DNA of 64,000 nucleotides from Ignavibacterium sp. (GCA_037445935.1 JBBIJP010000002.1:291-64290), one strand, 5' to 3'. Positions 30,288 through 40,168 are shown, numbered from the stretch's first letter. Numbers and translations: made by a program. Notes: generated from the letters alone by a model not told the origin.

Positions 30288-31555
30288 AAATTATCTTAGG
30301 TTTTGTTATTGTGTTTTTTACTTCTCAAATCTACTCACAACAAGCATTGGACAAGATAGTTGCAGTGGTAGATAATGAGATAATATTAAAGAGTGAGCTC
30401 GATTTTCAGGTTAGTCTGTTTGCTGCTCAGCGTCAGTTGAATCCTAACTCAAAAGTTTTAAGAGAACAAGTTCTGAATTCTCTGATTGAAGAAAAACTTT
30501 TATACGCACAGGCAGAAATTGATTCTATAATCATTTCTGAAGATGAAATTGAACAAAGAATCAATTATCAGATAAATATGTTAACTCAGCAGCTTGGTAC
30601 GCTAGCAAATGTTGAAAAGCAATATGGAATGAGCATCGAAAGAATTAAAAGAGAGTTAAGAGATGATGTAAAGAAAAATGTAATGGTTCAAAGATTACAG
30701 GAAAAAAATTTTGGCTCTATCAGTGTTACATTTCCTGAAGTAAGAGAATTCTTTGATTTGTATAAAGACAGTTTAGGAACAATCCCGGAGAAGGTTACTA
30801 TTTACCATATTTTTCAAAATCCCAAAGCAAGTGAAAAAATTAAAGCAAAATTCAGATTAAAAGCTCAATCAATTATGGATTCGATTAAAGCAGGAGCTGA
30901 CTTTGCAGAAATGGCGAAAAAGTATTCGGATGATCCGGGTAGCGCTCGTGCTGGAGGAGATTTAGGTTTTGTTAAGAAAGGGGTTTTCTATCCGGAGTTT
31001 GAAGCGGCAGCTTTTAAACTTAAACAGGGAAAAATTTCAGAAGTTATTGAATCTCCTGTCGGTTTTCATATTATTCAGCTTATTGAACGGCGAGGTGAGT
31101 CTATAAATACAAGACACATTCTGATTAAAGTTAAAGCAGATGAAAATGCTGATTTGAAAACAATTGATTTTCTATCAGCAATAAGAGATAGTATTGTTAA
31201 GGGCTATGGTACTTTTCAGGATTATGCAAAAAAATACAGCGAAGACAAAGAATCTGCTTCCTTCGGTGGTGAATTAGGAACATTTTTTATCAATCAATTA
31301 GACAAACCTTTGCTTGATGCAATTGGCAAATTAAAGGAAGGTGATATTGGATTTCCGCGCCGCCTAGAATATTCTCAGGGAGTTTATGGTTATCATATAG
31401 TATATCTTAAATCTAGAATTCCACAGCATCAGCCAGATTTGGAAATGGATTATGATGAACTTAAAAGATTAGCTATTGAGTATAAGAAACAAAAAGAATA
31501 TCAAAAGTGGATTGCTGAATTAAAACAGAAAATATTTTGGGAAATCAGACTTTAA
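30284..31555 (+). CDS. surA: Chaperone SurA-like PPIase
   Basis: LDKIVAVVDNEIILKSEL, YSDDPGSARAGGDLG, GFHIIQ; the ATGA overlap favours start 30284 over 30272. Confidence 0.88.
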   Translation: MKIILGFVIVFFTSQIYSQQALDKIVAVVDNEIILKSELDFQVSLFAAQRQLNPNSKVLREQVLNSLIEEKLLYAQAEIDSIIISEDEIEQRINYQINMLTQQLGTLANVEKQYGMSIERIKRELRDDVKKNVMVQRLQEKNFGSISVTFPEVREFFDLYKDSLGTIPEKVTIYHIFQNPKASEKIKAKFRLKAQSIMDSIKAGADFAEMAKKYSDDPGSARAGGDLGFVKKGVFYPEFEAAAFKLKQGKISEVIESPVGFHIIQLIERRGESINTRHILIKVKADENADLKTIDFLSAIRDSIVKGYGTFQDYAKKYSEDKESASFGGELGTFFINQLDKPLLDAIGKLKEGDIGFPRRLEYSQGVYGYHIVYLKSRIPQHQPDLEMDYDELKRLAIEYKKQKEYQKWIAELKQKIFWEIRL

Positions 31556-31581
31556 TAACTAAAAATAAATAAAGGTATATC

Positions 31582-32580
31582 TTGTCAGAACAAAACAAAA
31601 ATGATGTTGAACTTGTAGAGCAGCTTGCTGAAAAAATTTCATTAGTAAAATCAGAACTGGCAAAAGTAATTGTTGGTCAAAATGATATAATTAACCAGAT
31701 TTTAATTGCGCTTATTTCAAATGGTCATTGTTTGCTCGTTGGAGTTCCGGGTTTAGCTAAGACTTTGTTGGTTAAAACTCTTTCCGAAGTTCTGGACTTA
31801 AAGTTCAGTCGAATTCAATTCACTCCGGATTTAATGCCATCGGATATAACTGGTACAGAAGTTTTAGAAGAAGATAAATTAACAAACAAAAGATTTTTCA
31901 GATTCATTGAAGGACCAATTTTCGCAAATATTATACTCGCTGATGAAATAAACAGAACTCCGCCAAAAACTCAATCTGCGCTGCTTGAAGCAATGCAGGA
32001 ACATAAAATCACTGCTGCAGGAATTTCATATAAACTGCCTGAGCCGTTTTTTGTACTTGCTACGCAAAATCCAATTGAACAGGAAGGAACATATCCTCTT
32101 CCTGAGGCACAGCTAGACAGATTTATGTTTAATCTATGGCTTGATTATCCTGATTTTGAACAAGAAATTAAAATTGTTCATAACACAACCAGCAGTTATT
32201 ATGCTTCATTAAATAAAGTTATGAGTGCAGCAGATTTATTAAAATTTCAGGAGTTAGTAAAAAAAGTTCCTGTTGCAGATAATGTTGTTCAGTTTGCCGT
32301 AAAAATTTCTAACCTCACAAGACCCAGTCAGAACGGCTCTCTTCCATTTATAAAAAACTGGATTACGTGGGGAGCCGGACCAAGAGCATCTCAATATCTT
32401 ATTCTCGCAGCTAAAAGCAAGGCAATAATAGAAGGAAGATTCACTCCTAATATTGACGATGTAAAATTTGCGATGCTGCCTGTTCTACGACACAGAATTA
32501 TAACTAACTTTGCCGCCGAAGCTGAAGGAATTTCTTCAGTAGATATCATTAAAAAAATTACTGAAAATCTGGAAAGTTGA
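31582..32580 (+). CDS. moxR: MoxR family AAA+ ATPase
   Basis: GVPGLAKT, RIQFTPDLMPSDITG, DEINR, ATQNPIEQEGTYPLPEAQLDRF. Confidence 0.93.
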   Translation: MSEQNKNDVELVEQLAEKISLVKSELAKVIVGQNDIINQILIALISNGHCLLVGVPGLAKTLLVKTLSEVLDLKFSRIQFTPDLMPSDITGTEVLEEDKLTNKRFFRFIEGPIFANIILADEINRTPPKTQSALLEAMQEHKITAAGISYKLPEPFFVLATQNPIEQEGTYPLPEAQLDRFMFNLWLDYPDFEQEIKIVHNTTSSYYASLNKVMSAADLLKFQELVKKVPVADNVVQFAVKISNLTRPSQNGSLPFIKNWITWGAGPRASQYLILAAKSKAIIEGRFTPNIDDVKFAMLPVLRHRIITNFAAEAEGISSVDIIKKITENLES

Positions 32581-32611
32581 TGAACTATATCTTTAAAGTA
32601 GTTTTTGATTT

Positions 32612-33994
32612 TTGATTACTAAGTCAATGCCTAAAAATTATTTTAATATCAAACTGAAGATTTGGCTTTCTCAAATTTTAATTCATCAACAAATATTCTA
32701 TTTCCTTTTAATATTATTTATTTTTTCCTCTTATGAAGTCTTACCTCAAGGCAGATGGGAAAGAATTGATAGTCCAACGAACAATTTTCTCCGAAGGATA
32801 ACAATATCAGATACTAATACGGTCTGGGCTTCTGGCCATAACGGAACAATAATTAAAAGCACTGATCAGGGAAATAGTTGGACAGTACTTCCTACAAATA
32901 CAAATAAAATTATCATTAATCACTCGGCTGTAAACAATCAATTAATTTTTGCCATAACCTGGGAATTAGAAAATCCTCCGTTTGGAACAAATATTATGAA
33001 GTCTTCTGATGGAGGATTCAATTGGCAAACAATCAAATTTCCAGTAGAGTATGAGTATTTTCAATCAATATATTTTTTCAATGCGAATGAAGGAATTGTT
33101 GCTGGAAGCCGTACTTATTTAACAAGTAACGGAGGACAAACATGGTCAATTGCGCAAAGAGATTCTGATCTTGTCGCCAATCTGCCTTTTCTGAATATTA
33201 AAATGTTGAATGAAAGTTACGGATTTGCTTGTGGCGGATTTATTGATGTCGCCGGAGTAATATGGAGAACTACAAACGGTGGTAGTAGTTGGAAAACAAA
33301 TGGCATTAGCCCAGATGAAATTTTTGATATGATTTTTCTTGATTCATTAAATATAATGGCATTATCAGGCGACCCTGAATTTATTTATAATCTTGCCTTT
33401 ATAAAATCAACAGATGGAGGTCAATCGTGGAGTTATGAAGAGTTACCATATTATGCAGTGAGTTTTGGGATAGATGCGAGAGATTCTCAAAATATTTGGT
33501 CAGCAGCAGGATATACATTTTTACTTTCAACTAACAGAGGAATTATCTGGCAGCAAATTGAAACACCTGATTCTTCATCCGTTTATGATTTGGTTTTTAT
33601 AAATTCACAGAAAGGATTTGCTTGTGGTGAAAGAGGTGTTTTATTAAAATATATTCCAGATGCCAGCAGTATAATTGAGGAAACTCCAAAACCTGATAAA
33701 TTTATTCTTTATCAGAATTATCCAAATCCATTTTCTGCTCAGGGCAGATCCGCCTCTGGCGGAAATACGAATACAAAAATAAAATGGTATTCTCCAATTA
33801 GTGGAATCCAATCATTGAAAATTTTTAATATTCTTGGAAAAGAAATAGCAACCTTGATTGATGAATATCGTGATGCAGGGGCTTATGAAATCGAGATTAG
33901 TTCAGAGTTCGAAAATCTATCGAGTGGTGTTTATTTCTATAAATTACAAATTGATAATTATTCTGAAATCAGGAAGATGATTTTAATCAGGTAG
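32612..33994 (+). CDS. YCF48/BNR-repeat beta-propeller protein with T9SS type A sorting domain
   Basis: Repeated SxDGGxxW Asp-boxes; C-terminal QNYPNPF...SGVYFYKL...KMILIR. Start uncertain (32612 or 32627). Confidence 0.85.
   Translation: MITKSMPKNYFNIKLKIWLSQILIHQQIFYFLLILFIFSSYEVLPQGRWERIDSPTNNFLRRITISDTNTVWASGHNGTIIKSTDQGNSWTVLPTNTNKIIINHSAVNNQLIFAITWELENPPFGTNIMKSSDGGFNWQTIKFPVEYEYFQSIYFFNANEGIVAGSRTYLTSNGGQTWSIAQRDSDLVANLPFLNIKMLNESYGFACGGFIDVAGVIWRTTNGGSSWKTNGISPDEIFDMIFLDSLNIMALSGDPEFIYNLAFIKSTDGGQSWSYEELPYYAVSFGIDARDSQNIWSAAGYTFLLSTNRGIIWQQIETPDSSSVYDLVFINSQKGFACGERGVLLKYIPDASSIIEETPKPDKFILYQNYPNPFSAQGRSASGGNTNTKIKWYSPISGIQSLKIFNILGKEIATLIDEYRDAGAYEIEISSEFENLSSGVYFYKLQIDNYSEIRKMILIR
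33734..33763. repeat. Tandem 15-nt palindromic element inserted in frame
   Basis: TCTGCT-CAG-GGCAGA followed by TCCGCC-TCT-GGCGGA; encodes SAQGRSASGG inside the normally contiguous NPF|N motif. Confidence 0.8.
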
Positions 33995-34042
33995 TAAGAA
34001 AATTTCTCTCTCGATTACATTTATCTGACAAAGAAATTTTTG

Positions 34043-34365
34043 TTAGTGTGATTCAACAAATTTTAGTCCCACAATTCCAACAATAATCAAGAAGATAAAA
34101 AATAACCGTACTAAATCTTTTGATTCCTGAAATAAAAAAATACCTAAGATCACCGTTCCAATTGCACAAATTCCTGTCCATACTGTGCATAAGCTGTTCC
34201 CACCGGAAGATGTTTAACTGAATAAGAAAGTAAACCCATGCTGATTATCATTGAAATAATAGTTAGAATACTTGGAATCGGTTTTGTGAAGCCATCAGTG
34301 TATTTCAGACCGATTGCCCAGGCAATTTCGAATAGACCTGCGATGAAAAGTATTAGCCAAATCAT
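34043..34365 (-). pseudogene. sugE: SMR/Gdx (SugE) guanidinium exporter, frameshifted
   Basis: [19 protein letters not shown]...GTAYA, then a 2-nt CA duplication near 34186. The shifted frame continues [46 protein letters not shown] to TAA at 34043. Confidence 0.85.
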
Positions 34366-34907
34366 CTTTTTCTATAATTAAAATTAGAAATAATATTTCT
34401 GACCGTTTGCTTATCAGTTGAATTTTCAAATAATGACAATAATCTGTAAGCATTGTATTTATCAACTATAGATGGCAATAATAATCTTAACGCTTCAATT
34501 CTGTCACCGTTGAAATCTATATTTTCAAGAATCTGAAATACTTGAGAAACTGTAAAGTAATTTGAAAGAGATGCTGTCTGAATCAAAGTTAATTTGTCTT
34601 CAGTAAAAGATTCATTTTTTAAGTCTGCTAATAATATTTTAAAGTCGAAATCGCTCATCACAATGTATTGATTATCAAATTCGAAATCTGGAATAGAAAA
34701 AAGCAATAGATATAATTCAACTAATAATTCTTTTGAAGCAGTATAATCTCTGGGGCTGAGCTTTTTAGAGATAATCATTTCCAATTTATCAAGATTTTCA
34801 AAAATCCTGTCTTTAATTTGTGATGAGGATAATAAGTTGTTATTCTGATAATCCTGAGACAAGATTATTACTGAATAAAAAATAAAGATTGAAAATATTT
34901 TTTTCAT
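34362..34907 (-). CDS. DUF4476 domain protein with signal peptide
   Basis: MSDFDF...SFTEDKL...FTVSQV...DRIEAL...IVDKYN pattern; ATG 34907 (MKKIF) is the likely start. Confidence 0.7.
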   Translation of the reverse strand: MKKIFSIFIFYSVIILSQDYQNNNLLSSSQIKDRIFENLDKLEMIISKKLSPRDYTASKELLVELYLLLFSIPDFEFDNQYIVMSDFDFKILLADLKNESFTEDKLTLIQTASLSNYFTVSQVFQILENIDFNGDRIEALRLLLPSIVDKYNAYRLLSLFENSTDKQTVRNIISNFNYRKR

Positions 34908-34912
34908 ATTTA

Positions 34913-37018
34913 TCACTTGCTGATTTTTCCATTTAATATTTCATTACTCAGATTATTTGCTTTATAAATGTACTTAATTGCCTTATACATTCCTACAGAG
35001 GCAACAGAAACAGTTCTGTTTGCTTCCGTTGTATAAATAAAAGTATTGGGAAGACTCTCTATGTTTCCGTCGAAAGCTAGGCCAACAATTTCAGCATTAA
35101 CATTAAGTACAGCGCTTCCGGAATTACCTCCAACTATATCATTCGTGCTGATAAAATTTAGAGGAGTAGCAAGCTCAAACTCTGCAGGAAGATTTTCAAA
35201 ATAAGCAGGTAAGTTAAAAGGAAACTTTTTGTCGAAAGAATAATATCTGTCCAACGCACCGTAGAAAGTAGTCTTTATTGGAGATTTCGTGCCGTTGTAA
35301 TTATAACTTTTTACTATTCCATCTGCAATTCTTAAAGTACCCGTTGCGTCAGGTGGAATGCTGCTTCCATAAACCTGATATAATGCTTCTCCAAGAATCT
35401 GATTTAGTATAGTCAATCTTTGATTGATTTTTTTATTTTCATCATTAAGTTTTTTTAGCTCCTCTTTAGTTTCAAGGACAAAGTATAAAAAGGGATCTTG
35501 TGTTTTTAATATTTCATCAATTGGTTTGTTAATTAACCCGAGATATGATTCTTTGCTTGAAAAAACGGATTTTGAAACAATGTCATCAACAGAATTAAAC
35601 TTTCCAAAATACTGATTTATATCTGATGTTGAAGGAAGATTTCTTTTCCACACATTCAAATGAACTTCCAAAAGTCTTTTTTGAAGGTTATGATTCAGGT
35701 TTGCAGGATAAATTTTTTCAGCTTCGGCTTTAAATTCTTCCAGTTTAATCTTTCCTGAATTAACATCATCAATCAGATTAACTAACCGCATTGCTGCAAT
35801 CATGTATTGCGGCGAATATAAATTACTGATGGAAAAAGCAAAAGATTTTCGGGCTGATAATTTTAATTTGGAAATTGAGCTGGAAATATCATTCCAAAGA
35901 TTTCCATACTTTGATTTAAGTGAGTTATCATTCATAATAGAACTTCTGAAACTGTTCTCAAAATCTTTTTTCCTCGCCATTAAAACCTGATCTAATAATC
36001 CCTTATAAATTCCTTCATATACTTTCAGTGCATTGCCAATCGAATATAATCTTGCTATCAGGCTAAAATCTTCAGCGTTCTTTTCTTCTACCATTTCCTC
36101 ATAAATTTTATACAAATCTTTAAGCATATCAACCATCATAGGATATCTGTAATCTCTTTCAAATTCTATTTGTTCGGTTGTGTTAAGTCTGTCAGTGCTT
36201 CCAGGATTACCAACAACGAAAACTAATTGATCTTCTTCAACAGTTTCATTACTCCATTTGAAGTAATAATCAGTTTTAACAGGTTTATCATTTTCATAAG
36301 CACGAAGAAAAGCACAGTCGAGACCATATCTTGGATAAGTAAAATTATCATAGTCACCACCAAGTTTTGCAACAAATAATTCAGGAACAAAAACCAATCT
36401 TATATCATTATAAACTTTATATCCATATAGAGAATATTTGCCTCCATTGTATAAAGAGGTAACTCTGAAAATAAGTTCGGGAAATTTTGATTGAAACTCA
36501 CCTGTGATTTTGTTTATTTCAGATTCGCGTAATGAAATTTTTTCCTCATCACTTTTTCCGCTCTTCATTGAATTGTGAATTCTTTCAGTTACATCTTCAA
36601 TTATCAGAAGCTGCTCTACCTTTAAATTATTAATTTTTCTTTCTTCAGTAATTGAGTTTGCTAAAAAACCATTCTTGAGAATATTCTCATTCTCTTTATC
36701 TAATGATGGTAGAAGTCCTCTGATACAATGATGATTTGTCATAATTAGTCCATCTTTAGAAACAAAGGAAGCGCTGCAGCCGCCGCCAAGCTTCAAAGCA
36801 GACTTTTGCATTTTATCCAACCATTCTTTTGAAGGAGTAAAACCGTATTCTTCTTTGAAATAATCTAATGGGGGATTTTCAAACGTCCACATTTTGCCCA
36901 TATCAAATTTCTGAGCCTTTACAGTGTCTAATAATATCCCATTGAATGATTGAGGAATTGAAATATTTTGAAGGAATACAATGACTACAAGTAAGCTTAA
37001 ATAAACTTTTTTATTCAT
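34913..37018 (-). CDS. S46 family dipeptidyl peptidase (second paralogue)
   Basis: GKMW, CSASFVSKDGLIMTNHHC, DNFTYPRY, GGNSGSAV, AFDGN. Confidence 0.92.
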   Translation of the reverse strand: MNKKVYLSLLVVIVFLQNISIPQSFNGILLDTVKAQKFDMGKMWTFENPPLDYFKEEYGFTPSKEWLDKMQKSALKLGGGCSASFVSKDGLIMTNHHCIRGLLPSLDKENENILKNGFLANSITEERKINNLKVEQLLIIEDVTERIHNSMKSGKSDEEKISLRESEINKITGEFQSKFPELIFRVTSLYNGGKYSLYGYKVYNDIRLVFVPELFVAKLGGDYDNFTYPRYGLDCAFLRAYENDKPVKTDYYFKWSNETVEEDQLVFVVGNPGSTDRLNTTEQIEFERDYRYPMMVDMLKDLYKIYEEMVEEKNAEDFSLIARLYSIGNALKVYEGIYKGLLDQVLMARKKDFENSFRSSIMNDNSLKSKYGNLWNDISSSISKLKLSARKSFAFSISNLYSPQYMIAAMRLVNLIDDVNSGKIKLEEFKAEAEKIYPANLNHNLQKRLLEVHLNVWKRNLPSTSDINQYFGKFNSVDDIVSKSVFSSKESYLGLINKPIDEILKTQDPFLYFVLETKEELKKLNDENKKINQRLTILNQILGEALYQVYGSSIPPDATGTLRIADGIVKSYNYNGTKSPIKTTFYGALDRYYSFDKKFPFNLPAYFENLPAEFELATPLNFISTNDIVGGNSGSAVLNVNAEIVGLAFDGNIESLPNTFIYTTEANRTVSVASVGMYKAIKYIYKANNLSNEILNGKISK

Positions 37019-37049
37019 ACTAAGACCTTTATAATAATTTTCTTAAAAG

Positions 37050-37334
37050 TTAAACAATCATATTTATATCTGAAACAAAAAGTTTTCCGGAGTAATAATT
37101 CAGAACTTCTTTTTTAAGAACATCAATAATTTTATTTATAACTTCCTCGCTCTCGACAACAATAATTAAAGAGTTTTTCATTATATCACTTAGCTCTGAA
37201 TCATTTCTTGTAACTTGACGTCCTTTTCCTGAAACATCATTTATTATTGTATAACCATTGACATTTAATTCTTCAAGAAGTCTGCAGACCTTTCTTCTTT
37301 CAACTGATTCAATTATAATTTCTAATTTTTTCAT
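37050..37334 (-). CDS. sbtB: PII-like regulator SbtB
   Basis: MKKLEIIIE, GYTIINDVSGKG, YSGKLFVSD; 1 nt downstream of sbtA. Confidence 0.78.
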   Translation of the reverse strand: MKKLEIIIESVERRKVCRLLEELNVNGYTIINDVSGKGRQVTRNDSELSDIMKNSLIIVVESEEVINKIIDVLKKEVLNYYSGKLFVSDINMIV

Positions 37335-37335
37335 A

Positions 37336-38325
37336 TTACCCCAAAAAAATTATTATTGAATAATAAAGCGGAATGCCAAACATTATATTAAACGGAAATG
37401 TAATAGCCAGAGACATCGTGATATAATATGCCGGATTAGCCTGAGGCAGTGCAATTCTAACGGCGGCAGGAGCTGCAATGTAAGAGGAGCTTGCTGCTAA
37501 CACTGAAAACAGAAGAGTATCACCTATTGAAAATTTCATAAGTCCGCAAAGAATAATTGATCCAATTGCGTTGATAATCGGCATAATCAAAGCGAAAAAT
37601 CCAAGAAACAAACCAACTTTTTTGAATTCATTAATTCTTTGTCCCGCAATCATTCCCATATCCAAAAGAAATAAAGTTAATACACCATTGAATGGGTCAA
37701 CTAAAAAAGGTTTAACTGTGGTCATTCCTATTTCACCAACAACTATTCCGATAATAAGGCTGCCGAATAAAAGAACAACGCTTGAGTTGAATAAAGATTC
37801 CTTTAACAAATCAACATAGTTAGATTTTAATGCAGAAATTTTTTGTGAACCAAAAACTCTGACAAGCAAGATTGAAACAAATATTGCTGGTGATTCCATT
37901 AGAGCCATCATCCCTACCATATATCCGTGATATTCAATTGATTTACCATTAAGAAAAGAAATTGCAGTTACGAATGTTACAACACTCACTGAACCATAGT
38001 GAGCCGAGATAGCTGCACAATTAACGTTATCAAGTTTCCCGATATACTTTAAAATCAGAAATGCAATTAAGGGAGTAATAATTCCAATTAAAATAGAACT
38101 TAAAATTGAATCATATAGTCCGCTGCTAATACCTGTTTTGCTAATTTCCACTCCGCCTTTAAATCCGATTGCAATCATAAAATAAATTGCAAGAATTTTT
38201 GAAATTGCCTGAGGAATTTCGATATCAGATTTTAAGATAGTCGAGATAAAGCCCAATACAAAAAACAAAATCATTGGGGTTGTAAGATTTTGTACTGCAT
38301 TGGATATGAATTCAGTCATGCTCAA
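37336..38325 (-). CDS. sbtA: Sodium-dependent bicarbonate transporter SbtA family (DUF897)
   Basis: AIGFKGG, AHYGSVSVVTF, MESPAI, LFLLDMG, ASSSYIAAPAA, ITFPFN. Confidence 0.88.
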   Translation of the reverse strand: MSMTEFISNAVQNLTTPMILFFVLGFISTILKSDIEIPQAISKILAIYFMIAIGFKGGVEISKTGISSGLYDSILSSILIGIITPLIAFLILKYIGKLDNVNCAAISAHYGSVSVVTFVTAISFLNGKSIEYHGYMVGMMALMESPAIFVSILLVRVFGSQKISALKSNYVDLLKESLFNSSVVLLFGSLIIGIVVGEIGMTTVKPFLVDPFNGVLTLFLLDMGMIAGQRINEFKKVGLFLGFFALIMPIINAIGSIILCGLMKFSIGDTLLFSVLAASSSYIAAPAAVRIALPQANPAYYITMSLAITFPFNIMFGIPLYYSIIIFLG

Positions 38326-38386
38326 TCAACTTTTTATTTTATGAGTATTAATTTAATATCTAAAAATAAAAATCTATTCAGGAATG

Positions 38387-39064
38387 TTAGCTCTTTACTA
38401 ATTTCCTGAACAATTCAAAGTCTTCTTTAGTTGTTATCTTGAAATTAAATACCGAGCCTTCTGAAATGTAAACTTTTCTGCCGTAGTTTTTGACAATTGA
38501 AGATTCATCTGTTGCAATGAAACTATTCTTTTCAGCATAATTAAATGCTTTTAACAAAAGATCATATTTAAAGATTTGTGGGGTTTGAACATAATAAACT
38601 TCATCTCTGTTGAGATAGGTTTTAACAGTTTCATTGCCTATTATCAAAGTGTTTTTTGCTTTAATACAAACCACAGAGTTTCCTTTATTCTTTGCAGTTC
38701 TAATAGCATTATTAAGAACTTCTTCTGATAATAAAGCTCTTGCTGCATCGTGAACCACGATTAAATCATCCTTTGCTGCTTCTACTGATAAAAGAGCATT
38801 GTAAACTGATTGTTGTCTTGTAATACCACCCTCAACAATCAATTTTACTTTTTTGAAATTATATGTTGTAACAATTTTTATCAGAAGATTAAAATATTCA
38901 GGTTCTGCTGCAATTATTATTTCATTTATGAATTTATTTTTTTGGAAGGTTTCAAGAGGGTAACAAATAATTTCTTTACTATTAAACTTCAGATATTGTT
39001 TAGGAGTGGGAAATCCACTCCTTAAACCTTTTCCTCCGGCTGGAATGATTGCAATAATTTTCAT
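38387..39064 (-). CDS. ispD: 2-C-methyl-D-erythritol 4-phosphate cytidylyltransferase
   Basis: IPAGGKGLR, PKQY, GGITRQQSV, VHDAAR, QTPQ, NFKITT. Confidence 0.93.
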   Translation of the reverse strand: MKIIAIIPAGGKGLRSGFPTPKQYLKFNSKEIICYPLETFQKNKFINEIIIAAEPEYFNLLIKIVTTYNFKKVKLIVEGGITRQQSVYNALLSVEAAKDDLIVVHDAARALLSEEVLNNAIRTAKNKGNSVVCIKAKNTLIIGNETVKTYLNRDEVYYVQTPQIFKYDLLLKAFNYAEKNSFIATDESSIVKNYGRKVYISEGSVFNFKITTKEDFELFRKLVKS

Positions 39065-39065
39065 A

Positions 39066-40097
39066 TCACAGAATCAACATTGCGTCGCCGTAACTGAGAA
39101 ATCTGTATTTATCCTTGACAGCTTTTTTATAAGCTTTCATAGTTAAATCTGTTCCCAAAAGTGCAGCTACTAAAAGGATTAGTGTTGATTCCGGAGCGTG
39201 AAAATTAGTAATCAGTCTTTTTGTTACTTTAAATTGGAAAGGAGGATATATAAACTTATCAGTCCATCCTTTATTTGGTTTTATGAAACCTTCTGCTGTT
39301 GTGCTTGTTTCAAGCGCTCTGCAAGTTGAGGTTCCAACTATGAAAACATTTTTATTGTTTTTTATAGCTTCGTTTATCATATCTGCAGAAGAAACAGGAA
39401 TCTCATAGAACTCAGAATCCATACGATGTTTTGATAAATCTTCAACTTCAACTAGTCTGAAGGTTCCTAAACCAATATGAAGCACTATTGGTACAATTTT
39501 AATTCCTTTCTTTTCAATTTTATGTATCAACTTTTCAGTCAAATGCATACCAGCAGTAGGTGCAGCAACAGAGCCTGGTTTTTTTGCATAAACAGTTTGA
39601 TAGTTTTCTTTATCGCTTGGTTCAGGATCTCTTTTGATGTAAGGGGGCAAAGGAGTTTGACCAATCTTTTCAACCGCATCAAAAATATTTGGCTGATTAA
39701 ATCTGACAGTCCTTCCTCGAGAAGTAGTATTATCTATTATTTCACACCAGAGATTATCTGAGAAATATATTTTATTTCCAATCCTGACTTTTCTTGCCGG
39801 ATCTACAATCACATCCCATATATAATCATCTTTATTTAATTCTCTGAGAAGAAAGACTTCAATTTTTGCATTAGTCTTTTCCTTTTTGCCATAAAGTCTT
39901 GCCTGAAAAACTTTAGTTTCGTTTACAACCATAACATCGCCTTCGTTCAAATAATCAATTATATCGTAAAATTGCTTGTCAAACATTTCCCCTGTTTTTT
40001 TATCTACTACAAGCAATTTTGCTTTATCACGCGGCGAAACAGGATACTTTGCTATCTGATTTTTAGGCAAATTATAATTGAAATCTGATAATTTCAC
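39066..40097 (-). CDS. queA: SAM:tRNA ribosyltransferase-isomerase
   Basis: PLPPYIKR, YQTVYA, GSVAAPTAG, LHIGLGTF, TNFHAPEST, FLSYGDAM. Confidence 0.96.
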   Translation of the reverse strand: MKLSDFNYNLPKNQIAKYPVSPRDKAKLLVVDKKTGEMFDKQFYDIIDYLNEGDVMVVNETKVFQARLYGKKEKTNAKIEVFLLRELNKDDYIWDVIVDPARKVRIGNKIYFSDNLWCEIIDNTTSRGRTVRFNQPNIFDAVEKIGQTPLPPYIKRDPEPSDKENYQTVYAKKPGSVAAPTAGMHLTEKLIHKIEKKGIKIVPIVLHIGLGTFRLVEVEDLSKHRMDSEFYEIPVSSADMINEAIKNNKNVFIVGTSTCRALETSTTAEGFIKPNKGWTDKFIYPPFQFKVTKRLITNFHAPESTLILLVAALLGTDLTMKAYKKAVKDKYRFLSYGDAMLIL

Positions 40098-40132
40098 TTC
40101 ACTACCTTTAATATTTATAAAATATGAATATA

Positions 40133-40168
40133 CCGGAGGAGATGCTTGATTAAAAACATCTCGACCGG
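40133..40168 (-). terminator. Stem-loop downstream of ppdK
   Basis: On the minus strand CCGG-TC-GAGATGTTT pairs with AAGCATCTC-CT-CCGG. Confidence 0.55.

Noticed and set aside
38331-38372. Imperfect AT-rich palindrome upstream of sbtA (possible operator)
   Set aside because: The arms are almost only A/T in a roughly 70% AT genome, so chance occurrence is likely.
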